DNA from: Candidatus Saccharimonadota bacterium
GTDB lineage: Bacteria > Patescibacteriota > Saccharimonadia > Saccharimonadales > UBA4665
Direction of reading: 5' to 3'
DNA: 32,000 nt
NCBI GenBank assembly: GCA_003516025.1
Contig: CP023991.1
Coordinates: 420,001-452,000 of the forward strand
The position numbers and the translations under genes are program-made. Of this stretch, positions 17,325 through 24,442 are shown in pieces; the stretch's first letter is position 1, and each line of letters opens with the position of its first letter. Below the pieces are notes generated by a model that was not told the origin of the DNA, did no database searches, and saw only the letters and a program-made list of their open reading frames with translations.

Positions 17325-18233
17325 TCAATAGTTGTAATTAGGAAATTTATTATTAAACAGTAAATTTAACCAGTAGAACGCATCCTTAAAGTTACCACCT
17401 ATTGTAGCATTCATCGCTTTTTCACTTCTCACCATTGCCGTATGTATCTTGCTAAGTGCCGCTGTTTTCTTATATTCAGAATTGCATGCTGCGATATAGC
17501 CAACTATTCCTGTGGGATCTTGTAACTGCGCAAGATTTATAGAGTATAGATCTTTGAAATAATAATGTAGATGTACGACATAGCTTGCGACAGTGCCTTT
17601 TTTGAAATACGTCTCCGCATATTTAGCGGCTCTCATTTCTAAATAGAATGACGATATATCTACGACATTATAGTATTTCCATGCTTTGATGAATCTTATG
17701 AATGTTTTTACCTCGTAATTGTATGTGGTGTTAACCTCTGTTACGTAAGCATTATGAGCTTTTGGGGCTGTCTTAATCCATCCTCCGTTACCATCGGCGA
17801 TTCCATAGACGGGTATGCCGCTCTTCGTAAATTCTATTAAGTAACCGGGAACTACCTCGTTAGTCTCGACGCCGTATAAGCCAAATGGCACAACAACAGC
17901 AGGCGTACTAACGTGGACATTTGATTTAGGAAAGGTGTAATTCAGCTGATCTCTGACTTTAGTAAGCATTGTGGTTGAATTTGAAGTAAGCTGTTTTTCG
18001 GGTATCAATGCCATGTAATCAATATCACTGTAGTAGATGATGTCTGTTGAGTTGCCAGACGAGCCGCTCTGAAAAAAATAGTTAATTGTATAAATTTTTT
18101 CAAGGCTTGCAAGAACACTAGCTCTATGACCCTTGGCAGCATCCCTGGCTGTACTATTGGGTTTCAACGAGGTATGAAATTGGTCAAAAGCTACTTGTAG
18201 AGTACGTGGCATGTCCTTAACCCTTTTAACCAT
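17325..18233 (-). CDS. SMODS/CD-NTase-like nucleotidyltransferase (CBASS cyclase candidate)
   Basis: 302 aa with the pol-beta NTase signature G57-S58, 11 residues, then D70-I-D72 (QSGSSGNSTDIIYYSDIDYM). A candidate third acidic residue sits in the NEVVPG strand (E126). The alternative start is ATG 18212, because the ATG at 18233 overlaps a TGcTACAAT box. Confidence 0.8.
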   Translation of the reverse strand: MVKRVKDMPRTLQVAFDQFHTSLKPNSTARDAAKGHRASVLASLEKIYTINYFFQSGSSGNSTDIIYYSDIDYMALIPEKQLTSNSTTMLTKVRDQLNYTFPKSNVHVSTPAVVVPFGLYGVETNEVVPGYLIEFTKSGIPVYGIADGNGGWIKTAPKAHNAYVTEVNTTYNYEVKTFIRFIKAWKYYNVVDISSFYLEMRAAKYAETYFKKGTVASYVVHLHYYFKDLYSINLAQLQDPTGIVGYIAACNSEYKKTAALSKIHTAMVRSEKAMNATIGGNFKDAFYWLNLLFNNKFPNYNY

Positions 18234-18614
18234 TGTAGCACTAATGCTTAATAAAATAGCAATACTGACAAACTAAGTATTTGTCTTATGTTAATTTCTG
18301 CATTATAGTGTCTGGTAGCCTTCGAGATAATTCCATGACAATCCTGCAAGAGAAAGCTAAAGCGGCACAATTCCGCAAAAACCTCGCAGATCGCTGCGTT
18401 GTAATGAACAAGCCAGTCTGACGCGTATCCCGAAGATACAAACATAAGTAGATATGCCGTACGCAAGTCGAGGCCCTACTTAGTCAGATAGAACCTTTGA
18501 TTGCGAAACAGGTACTGCCACTCGCGACAAAGCTCAATCACCGTTTTTAGGTGTGCTCTATAAAGAGCGAGTTTTGTTGTGTCCTAGTACCGCAATATAA
18601 GAATCGATATTTAT

Positions 18615-18640
18615 AACCACCCAGAAATGGGTGGTTTTTT
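18615..18640 (+). terminator. strong intrinsic terminator with no annotated upstream plus-strand gene
   Basis: AACCACCCA-gaaa-TGGGTGGTT followed by TTTT. Confidence 0.6.
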
Positions 18641-18667
18641 AATACATAAAAATAGGAGGGATTTTAT

Positions 18668-18808
18668 ATGACGAAAAATCCAAAGCAGTTAGAACTTAAG
18701 TTCAACGTGAAGACCCGCAGCGATGGTGCTAGGAGCCGTGCGCCGCACCGGCGGGGCGGGCGTCCTGTATTACTTGATATACAGGACATAAATAGGGTCA
18801 TTTCATGA
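18668..18808 (+). CDS. small basic ORF (46 aa) coupled to rep by an ATGA overlap
   Basis: AGGAGGG SD lies 7 nt upstream. The product is MTKNPKQLELKFNVKTRSDGARSRAPHRRGGRPVLLDIQDINRVIS. The ORF is below the track size cut-off, and coding status is uncertain because the region also carries the origin-like hairpin. Confidence 0.4.
   Translation: MTKNPKQLELKFNVKTRSDGARSRAPHRRGGRPVLLDIQDINRVIS
18762..18787 (+). promoter_or_regulatory. candidate rolling-circle double-strand origin: 9-bp stem presenting TACTTGAT in the loop (CTTG/ATA nick-site consensus)
   Basis: GTCCTGTAT-tacttgat-ATACAGGAC. ACTTGATAT matches the nick region I recall for phiX174 and the CTTGATA core of pC194-class origins. It lies 18 nt upstream of the rep ATG. 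Confidence 0.6.
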
Positions 18809-19674
18809 ATAATGATCTCAACAAAATCGAGTCAATATTTGGAAAAATTAAAAAAATAGATGCCAGCTACGAGGTACGTGCCAGTGCGAAGTACTACCCT
18901 CATCATACAAAAGTATTTATTCCGAATGTTCCATACAGAAAAATGATTCCGTTCATGGAGCAACGCATTGATGATCTTGACGACATTGTAGAGGACTGGG
19001 ATACGAGGGTTATTGCTGATTCAAAAACATCAACTGAGGACAATTTGGAGCGGTCAATCCGCAGAACGAAAACACTTATTTCCGATTACGTTCTTTGTAA
19101 CGATTTTGATATATTCGCTACCTTTACCTTTTCCCCTAAGAAAACAGCCGATCGTACTGACACCCGTACCGTTAAACGCCAAATGAGTAACTGGATAAAA
19201 AACCAAAAAGCACGTAACAGCAATTTTGCATATTTGATTGTTCCAGAATTCCATAAAGACGGTAAGTCTTTGCATTTTCATGCACTTATCCATGACTATC
19301 CAGGCGAGCTCATCGATTCAGGCAATCGAATAAATGGCAGAAAATCGTACAACTTTAAAAGTTATACCCTCGGTATCAATAGCGCGGTAAAGATAGACGA
19401 CCGCCATAAAGTATCGAACTATGTTAAGAAATACATAACAAAAGACATGCCCCAGTTTCCCGGCAAGCACCGCTTTTGGTCTTCCACTGGCTTAGAGCGG
19501 CCACGGGTAGAGGATAACCCAAGTGAGTGGTACCTACAAGCAAAGCCACAGCGGGTATATGAAAATGAGTACGGGTGTACGCTCTACTTCATTACCGACT
19601 CGTCGCAAGCCACTGAGTCTCATAGTCTCACTGAAGGCAGCACTCCGCCATCGCTCTCGGAGAAAGACGCCTAG
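18805..19674 (+). CDS. HUH rolling-circle replication initiator (two-tyrosine, phiX174 gpA / Microviridae-like motif 3)
   Basis: 289 aa with motif 1 FATFTFSP, motif 2 SLHFHALIH (H157-F-H159) and motif 3 NYVKKYITK (Y206 and Y210). Confidence 0.85.
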   Translation: MNNDLNKIESIFGKIKKIDASYEVRASAKYYPHHTKVFIPNVPYRKMIPFMEQRIDDLDDIVEDWDTRVIADSKTSTEDNLERSIRRTKTLISDYVLCNDFDIFATFTFSPKKTADRTDTRTVKRQMSNWIKNQKARNSNFAYLIVPEFHKDGKSLHFHALIHDYPGELIDSGNRINGRKSYNFKSYTLGINSAVKIDDRHKVSNYVKKYITKDMPQFPGKHRFWSSTGLERPRVEDNPSEWYLQAKPQRVYENEYGCTLYFITDSSQATESHSLTEGSTPPSLSEKDA

Positions 19675-19675
19675 T

Positions 19676-19771
19676 ATGGCTTTGTCTTCCACTGACTTAG
19701 ATGCGTGGAAGGCTTACTTCAAGCTGCTTGCAGAACTCGACAAGAAACAGAATAAGAAGGACGCTAAATGA
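19676..19771 (+). CDS. possible 31-aa ORF between rep and the recombinase gene
   Basis: The ATG lies 1 nt after the rep stop. The product is MALSSTDLDAWKAYFKLLAELDKKQNKKDAK. There is no SD and the call is very tentative. Confidence 0.25.
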   Translation: MALSSTDLDAWKAYFKLLAELDKKQNKKDAK

Positions 19772-19811
19772 GCTATAATGTATATAAATTAAATCGGCGG
19801 TAACGGTGGGA

Positions 19812-21335
19812 ATGCATGCTTTTCTCATCGCTCGCGTATCGACTGCTGATCAGGTGGAAGCCTTGCCGGCTCAAGTCTATAAATTAACCGACTATGCTAA
19901 AAGTCAGGGTTACGATTTTGAGTTGTTCGAGTTTCATGAAAGCGCTTACAAAGGCACTCGAGAAAAGTTCCGCGAAGTCATAGCTACCATACAGGCGTCG
20001 ACCGAAAAAGTAGTCGTTGTCTTTGATAAAGTCGACCGTTTCACTCGTGATTCAAGCGCAGAAGAAACAAATATTTTCAAAAAGCTGTATCAGTCAGGAA
20101 AGATCGAGCTACATTTTCCATCTGAAAACCTGATACTACACGAAGGTTCACCGTCTACCGACAGAATGCGCCTCGGACTGAATACGATATTTGCAGAGTA
20201 TTACTCCGACGCTATAAGTGATAATGTAAAGCGCCGCAACTATCAGCTATGGAGAGACGGCTATTGGACCGGACCCGCACCGTTCGGATATGTAAATATA
20301 TCAAAACCAGATGGCAGTAAATGGATAGATAAAGTACCCGTTGAAGCATTAGCAGTGAAATTAGCCTATGAGTTATATGCCACTGGAAGCTACTCGCTCC
20401 GGCTTGTTCGCATGCAAGTTATAAAGCAATACGGTATTTCTCGTTCAATTGGCCAATGGGATAAGGTGCTCAAGAATCCGTTCTATGCAGGACAAATGAG
20501 AATCAAAGGCAAGCTGTACAAACACAACTATGAACAGCTCATTAACTCGTCATTATTCGATCAAGTTAAAGCCGTGCGGGAAGGTCATGCGATACAACCA
20601 AAAAGGTGGGCTGGCTTGCCGTATCCATATCGTGGACTTATTACGTGTGCTGACTGCGGTTGTAAGGTGACTTTCGAGATAAAGAAAGGCAAGTATGTAT
20701 ATGGTCACTGTACGCAGTTCAGAGGTAAGCACGATGCAGCGTATGTTAATGAAAAGTTAATGACAAAACAGCTTAGATCAGTATTCTGGCAGATACAAAT
20801 ACCGGAAGATGCTTATGAAGAAGTATCAAAAGCATTACTGGCTGATGATGAACAATCAAACCGACAAAACAGTGAAAAGCTAGAGCATATTAACGCCGAA
20901 ATCAAACGCTATGAATCGAAAATTGAACGTAATTACGATATGTATTTAGACGGCGGCATAAGCAAAGAAACCTATCAAAAGAAGCATGACGAATTGACAT
21001 TAATTAAGGCCTCACTCGAAAGCACTAGAAAAAATATCGAACTTATGGCGAACAATAATTATGACGGTGCATTACATCTGTTAGAGCTATCTCGTAAAGC
21101 GCCTGATTTATTTGAGACTGCTGAAATTGAAGAACGCCGTACGCTCATCAATATGGTACTTTCGAACTTGGAGCTAGACGACAAAGAACTTTGGTGGAAA
21201 CTAAAAGAACCATACGATTGTATGGTTCTTTGTAATGAAAACGCAAATTGGCTGGGGATGAGGGATTCGAACCCCCGAATGCTGGTACCAGAAACCAGTG
21301 CCTTACCACTTGGCGAATCCCCAATATATATGTAA
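19812..21335 (+). CDS. large serine recombinase (integrase)
   Basis: N-terminal resolvase domain with the catalytic-Ser context AFLIARVSTADQ, a recombinase domain, a zinc ribbon (CADCGCKVTFEIKKGKYVYGHC) and a C-terminal coiled coil. The last 28 codons read antisense through tRNA-Gln and beyond. The track start is GTG 19806. Confidence 0.9.
   Translation: MHAFLIARVSTADQVEALPAQVYKLTDYAKSQGYDFELFEFHESAYKGTREKFREVIATIQASTEKVVVVFDKVDRFTRDSSAEETNIFKKLYQSGKIELHFPSENLILHEGSPSTDRMRLGLNTIFAEYYSDAISDNVKRRNYQLWRDGYWTGPAPFGYVNISKPDGSKWIDKVPVEALAVKLAYELYATGSYSLRLVRMQVIKQYGISRSIGQWDKVLKNPFYAGQMRIKGKLYKHNYEQLINSSLFDQVKAVREGHAIQPKRWAGLPYPYRGLITCADCGCKVTFEIKKGKYVYGHCTQFRGKHDAAYVNEKLMTKQLRSVFWQIQIPEDAYEEVSKALLADDEQSNRQNSEKLEHINAEIKRYESKIERNYDMYLDGGISKETYQKKHDELTLIKASLESTRKNIELMANNNYDGALHLLELSRKAPDLFETAEIEERRTLINMVLSNLELDDKELWWKLKEPYDCMVLCNENANWLGMRDSNPRMLVPETSALPLGESPIYM
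21249..21323 (-). tRNA. tRNA-Gln (anticodon CUG), CCA encoded
   Basis: The reverse complement folds as a cloverleaf. Acceptor stem UGGGGAU/AUCCCCA, anticodon arm CUGGU-UUCUGGU-ACCAG, T arm GGGGG-UUCGAAU-CCCUC, discriminator G plus CCA. Length 75 nt. Confidence 0.95.
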
Positions 21336-21417
21336 AACGTGCGTGTAACCCCGGTGATTATAAAGCAATACTGGAAAAAAATCTAGGCCCATGTTACCAT
21401 TTAAAGCATTAACAACT

Positions 21418-21588
21418 AAGAATATACAGAGTGCGGCAAGAGAACTAGCTCTACGACCCGCCAGCAACCTGCCAGTGTGCCTATCGGTATGCAAGCAAGG
21501 TGCTCCATCTAGCCCAGGCTTCAGCGCTGGAAAGATATTTATTTGTCACGATATCCTTTCAGCGCTTTTGCCAAGAAAGGATATTTTT
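21418..21588 (+). promoter_or_regulatory. SAM-I-clan riboswitch candidate with terminator / SD-sequestering expression platform upstream of metK
   Basis: P1 GAATAT (21420-21425) pairs with ATATTT (21535-21540). J1/2 AGAG at 21428-21431, GCAACC at 21464-21469, GGTGC at 21499-21503, and a GAAAGATAT 3' strand. A P2 loop CTAG could pair with CTAG at 21509-21512. Downstream hairpin GATATCCTTTC (21550-21560) / GAAAGGATAT (21575-21584) is followed by TTTT and ATG, and its right arm contains the SD. Confidence 0.65.
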
Positions 21589-22731
21589 ATGTCAACTCAA
21601 ACACAAGGCGCCTACTTGTTCACCAGCGAATCGGTCTGCGCAGGGCATCCGGATAAAATCGCTGATGCTGTCAGTGATGCCGTATTAGATGCCGCGCTTG
21701 CACAGGATTCCAATTCCCGCACGGGAATAGAGACGGTTGTTGGCGCAAACCAAATCAGTCTGTTCGGTGAAATTAAAACTACTGCCACGCTCGATTTTGA
21801 AGCCATTGCTCGCGGCGCCGTTGAAAGGCTCGGCTATACCAACCCGGCTTGGGGATTTTCTGACAAATCGGCGTTTAGTAACTATATACACCAGCAGTCA
21901 CCGGAAATTGCGGCTGGAGTTGACCAGGCAGGTGCGATTGGTGCCGGCGACCAGGGAATGATGTTCGGCTATGCCTGCACCGAAACTGCTGAGTATATGC
22001 CAGCGCCGATAGCTCTGGCGCATTCCTTAACCAGGGCAATCGACGATGCTCGAATAGACCAAAAATTGCAATGGTTGCGGCCTGACGGCAAGGCTCAGGT
22101 GACCTTACGCTACGAGAATTTTAAGCCGGTGAGCGTCGAGAAGGTGGTTGTAGCGGTCGCTCACGACGAAGCGGCGACGGCCCGTCAGGTACGGGAAGAC
22201 ATTATCGCGCATGTTATTGAGCCGACCTTGCGTGCTGCCGGCTATGCAGTGCCCTCATCGGAAAATATTGTCGTTAATGGTACTGGCGTGTGGCATATTC
22301 CCGGCCCGGACTCAGATGCCGGCCTCACCGGTCGTAAGATTGTCGTCGATACCTACGGCGGTTATGCTCGGGTTGGTGGTGGCGCCTTTAGTGGCAAGGA
22401 TCCTAGTAAGGTTGACCGCAGTGGGGCGTATGCCGCCCGCTTTATTGCGAAAAATGTTGTGACGGCCGGTTTGGCCACGCGCTGCGAAGTCGGCTTGGCG
22501 TACGTAATCGGCCAGTCTGAACCGTTGATGCAGACAATTGAAACATTCGGTACTGCTACGGTTAGCGAGGCGGAGTTGGCCGCGTTTAAAGACAACCTGA
22601 TACATACTTCAGTGTCCGGAATTATAAACAAGCTTAATCTATCGCGGCCAATATATAGTCAGACCTGCGCTTACGGGCATTTTGGCAAGCCAACATTGCC
22701 ATGGGAAGAGATAGTTAACAAGCGTCGTTAA
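21589..22731 (+). CDS. metK: S-adenosylmethionine synthetase
   Basis: 380 aa from ATG 21589 with FTSESVCAGHPDKIADAVSDAVLDA, GAGDQGMMFGYA and GGGAFSGKDPSKVDRS. The track's upstream extension to 21391 covers the riboswitch and is rejected. Confidence 0.95.
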   Translation: MSTQTQGAYLFTSESVCAGHPDKIADAVSDAVLDAALAQDSNSRTGIETVVGANQISLFGEIKTTATLDFEAIARGAVERLGYTNPAWGFSDKSAFSNYIHQQSPEIAAGVDQAGAIGAGDQGMMFGYACTETAEYMPAPIALAHSLTRAIDDARIDQKLQWLRPDGKAQVTLRYENFKPVSVEKVVVAVAHDEAATARQVREDIIAHVIEPTLRAAGYAVPSSENIVVNGTGVWHIPGPDSDAGLTGRKIVVDTYGGYARVGGGAFSGKDPSKVDRSGAYAARFIAKNVVTAGLATRCEVGLAYVIGQSEPLMQTIETFGTATVSEAELAAFKDNLIHTSVSGIINKLNLSRPIYSQTCAYGHFGKPTLPWEEIVNKRR

Positions 22732-22867
22732 AACTGTTTTCGTCCTTTTGGACTCATCAGCATGAAATTCCCATAATGGGCATTCATGGAACAGTGAGTG
22801 GTGACAGGTAGTGGAATCCTCCCGGTATGAGGGGGACTCAACAGTACCTGCCACCTGGCCGGAGTAC

Positions 22868-22889
22868 GATGTGACGACATTGTCACATC
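22868..22889 (-). terminator. hairpin after the last gene of the GC-rich operon
   Basis: GATGTGAC-gacatt-GTCACATC, an 8-bp perfect stem 15 nt after the stop at 22904. There is no U-tract, so function is uncertain. Confidence 0.45.
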
Positions 22890-22903
22890 AACTCACGGCT
22901 TCC

Positions 22904-24442
22904 CTAGACAGTGTCCAGGGTGTTCTTTCGTGTGGTCTCCAACCGCACCTCGCTCTCTTTGAGGATGTCGTGGCCGTGCTCGGTCTTGTGCCAGGTGTAG
23001 CGGGTCTTGCGACGAGCGAGCTCGAAGAGGACCCGGTACGCCGACCAGCTGGTGAAGATCCACCAGAAGGGTGCGAGCAGCATGTACTTGACGCTGCCGT
23101 AGCCCTCACGGTCGAGACATGCCGTAACCAGCTGCAGGAAGAGCAGCAGGTTGCCGACCAGGAGCAGTGCCACGCCAGTGTAGAACACCGGAGTGGGGAA
23201 CAACTGCTCGATGGCCTGCGAACCATCGGTGTAGCCCGCGACGCGAGTCACGAAGTACGCGATGGTCAGACCCCAGTAGATCGGGTTGAGCATCAGGCTG
23301 AAGGGCGTACCCAGCATCAGCAGGTTGAAGCAGAACCACTTGACGGGTCCCATCTGCCGAGCCGTACGTACCGGCTGCCTGGTGTAGACCAGACCGGTCT
23401 GCAGGTAGCCCTTCAGCCAGCGGCGTCGCTGCCCATCGGCCACGCGGACACGGGAAGTTGCCTCCTCGTAGGTCACCGAGTCGATGATCTTGATGTCGTA
23501 GCCGTACATGGCGAGGGCGCCAGCCAGCTCCGCATCCTCGGTGACGTTGTACGAGTCCCATCCGTAGGCGGCATCGGTGCCACCGGGGAGTGCCGGGAAC
23601 TCGCTCTGCGGGAAGGCGATCTTGCGGAGCACCTCCGTGCGGAAGTGGTTCGAAGTTCCTCCCAGCGGCGGTACCAGGTTGAGCTTGGCCAGCCCCGCCA
23701 GGTTGTACACGAAGTGCACCACGTACTCCGCCCAGTAGAACCGGGTGACCCACGAGGTGTCTTCGTTCCAGAACTGCAGCCGGGCCTGCACGCAGGCGAC
23801 GGTGCCTTTCTGGTCCTTGCGGAACTCGGCCACTGCCTTGAGCAGCTGGTCCGGGTCCGGACGGTCCTCGGCGTCGTAGATGACACTGAAGACGCCGGTG
23901 GCACGGGCCAGGCCGATGTTGAGCGCGCGCGGCTTGCCCTTGGGCTGGTTCATGCGCGCCTGGCCCTGGGGGATGCCCGGTGCGACGATGATCTCGAAGT
24001 TGTCCGGCAGGTCCATGATCTGGGCCTCCAGGAGGGTCTCGGTGTCATCTTCCTCGAGCAGCAACAGCACCTGCAGCCTGTGCTTGGGGTACTGGAGCTG
24101 GCTGAGGTTGTACACCAGCGCCGGCAGGATCTGGGCCTCCCTGTAGAGGGGAACCAGGGCGGTGTAGGTCGGCAGATCCGGGTCGTTGATGCTCAGCGGC
24201 GGCGTTGCCGGTGAAGATCCGCGGACCTGGAGTGATGCCACGAACAGCACGGCCTTCAGCAGCATGATGCAGCCGTAGAAGGTCAAGCTGATGTCGACGA
24301 GCACTTGCAGCGTGCCGGTGGTGAAGAGCACCAGGCCGACCAGGACTGCGAACAGGCCCAGTGCGAGGGTGATCTTCTGGCCGGTGCTCAGGAACACCCG
24401 GGCTGAACGCCGCGGCAGTGCCTTGTTGCGATGACCGCTCAC
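22904..24442 (-). CDS. membrane-embedded processive family-2 glycosyltransferase (cellulose/chitin/hyaluronan-synthase-like)
   Basis: Motifs VIYDAEDRPDPDQL, VTEDAELA and QRRRWLKG (the D, D, D, QxxRW signature), flanked by TM helices. The start is reassigned to GTG 24442, which forms a GTGA overlap with the upstream stop and has GAGGAG SD upstream. Confidence 0.85.
   Translation of the reverse strand: MSGHRNKALPRRSARVFLSTGQKITLALGLFAVLVGLVLFTTGTLQVLVDISLTFYGCIMLLKAVLFVASLQVRGSSPATPPLSINDPDLPTYTALVPLYREAQILPALVYNLSQLQYPKHRLQVLLLLEEDDTETLLEAQIMDLPDNFEIIVAPGIPQGQARMNQPKGKPRALNIGLARATGVFSVIYDAEDRPDPDQLLKAVAEFRKDQKGTVACVQARLQFWNEDTSWVTRFYWAEYVVHFVYNLAGLAKLNLVPPLGGTSNHFRTEVLRKIAFPQSEFPALPGGTDAAYGWDSYNVTEDAELAGALAMYGYDIKIIDSVTYEEATSRVRVADGQRRRWLKGYLQTGLVYTRQPVRTARQMGPVKWFCFNLLMLGTPFSLMLNPIYWGLTIAYFVTRVAGYTDGSQAIEQLFPTPVFYTGVALLLVGNLLLFLQLVTACLDREGYGSVKYMLLAPFWWIFTSWSAYRVLFELARRKTRYTWHKTEHGHDILKESEVRLETTRKNTLDTV

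Larger units (their letters stand above)
15270..21248. mobile_element. putative integrative element of about 6 kb (serine recombinase, rolling-circle Rep, defence cargo) adjacent to tRNA-Gln
   Basis: G+C drops sharply (about 32% in the line at 17041). The recombinase gene abuts the tRNA-Gln 3' end. The element also has a Rep gene with a nick-site hairpin and SD-driven genes, unlike the backbone. The left boundary is approximate. Confidence 0.65.

Noticed and set aside
18248-18466. 72-aa minus-strand ORF upstream of the CBASS cyclase
   Set aside because: It has no SD or -10 geometry, an odd Cys/Phe/Leu-rich composition and no motif. It lies in a region better interpreted as non-coding.
15270-21248. 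Integrated Microviridae prophage, suggested by the phiX-like Rep, the roughly 6 kb size and a small basic protein
   Set aside because: No ORF is of capsid size or character (the major capsid protein is about 500 aa). The large ORFs are accounted for by the recombinase, the CBASS genes and unknown small proteins.
21391-21588. N-terminal extension of metK in the ORF track (start at 21391)
   Set aside because: The extension has no MetK homology and covers the riboswitch-like leader and terminator hairpin. ATG 21589 has an AAAGGA SD and gives the canonical MetK N-terminus.
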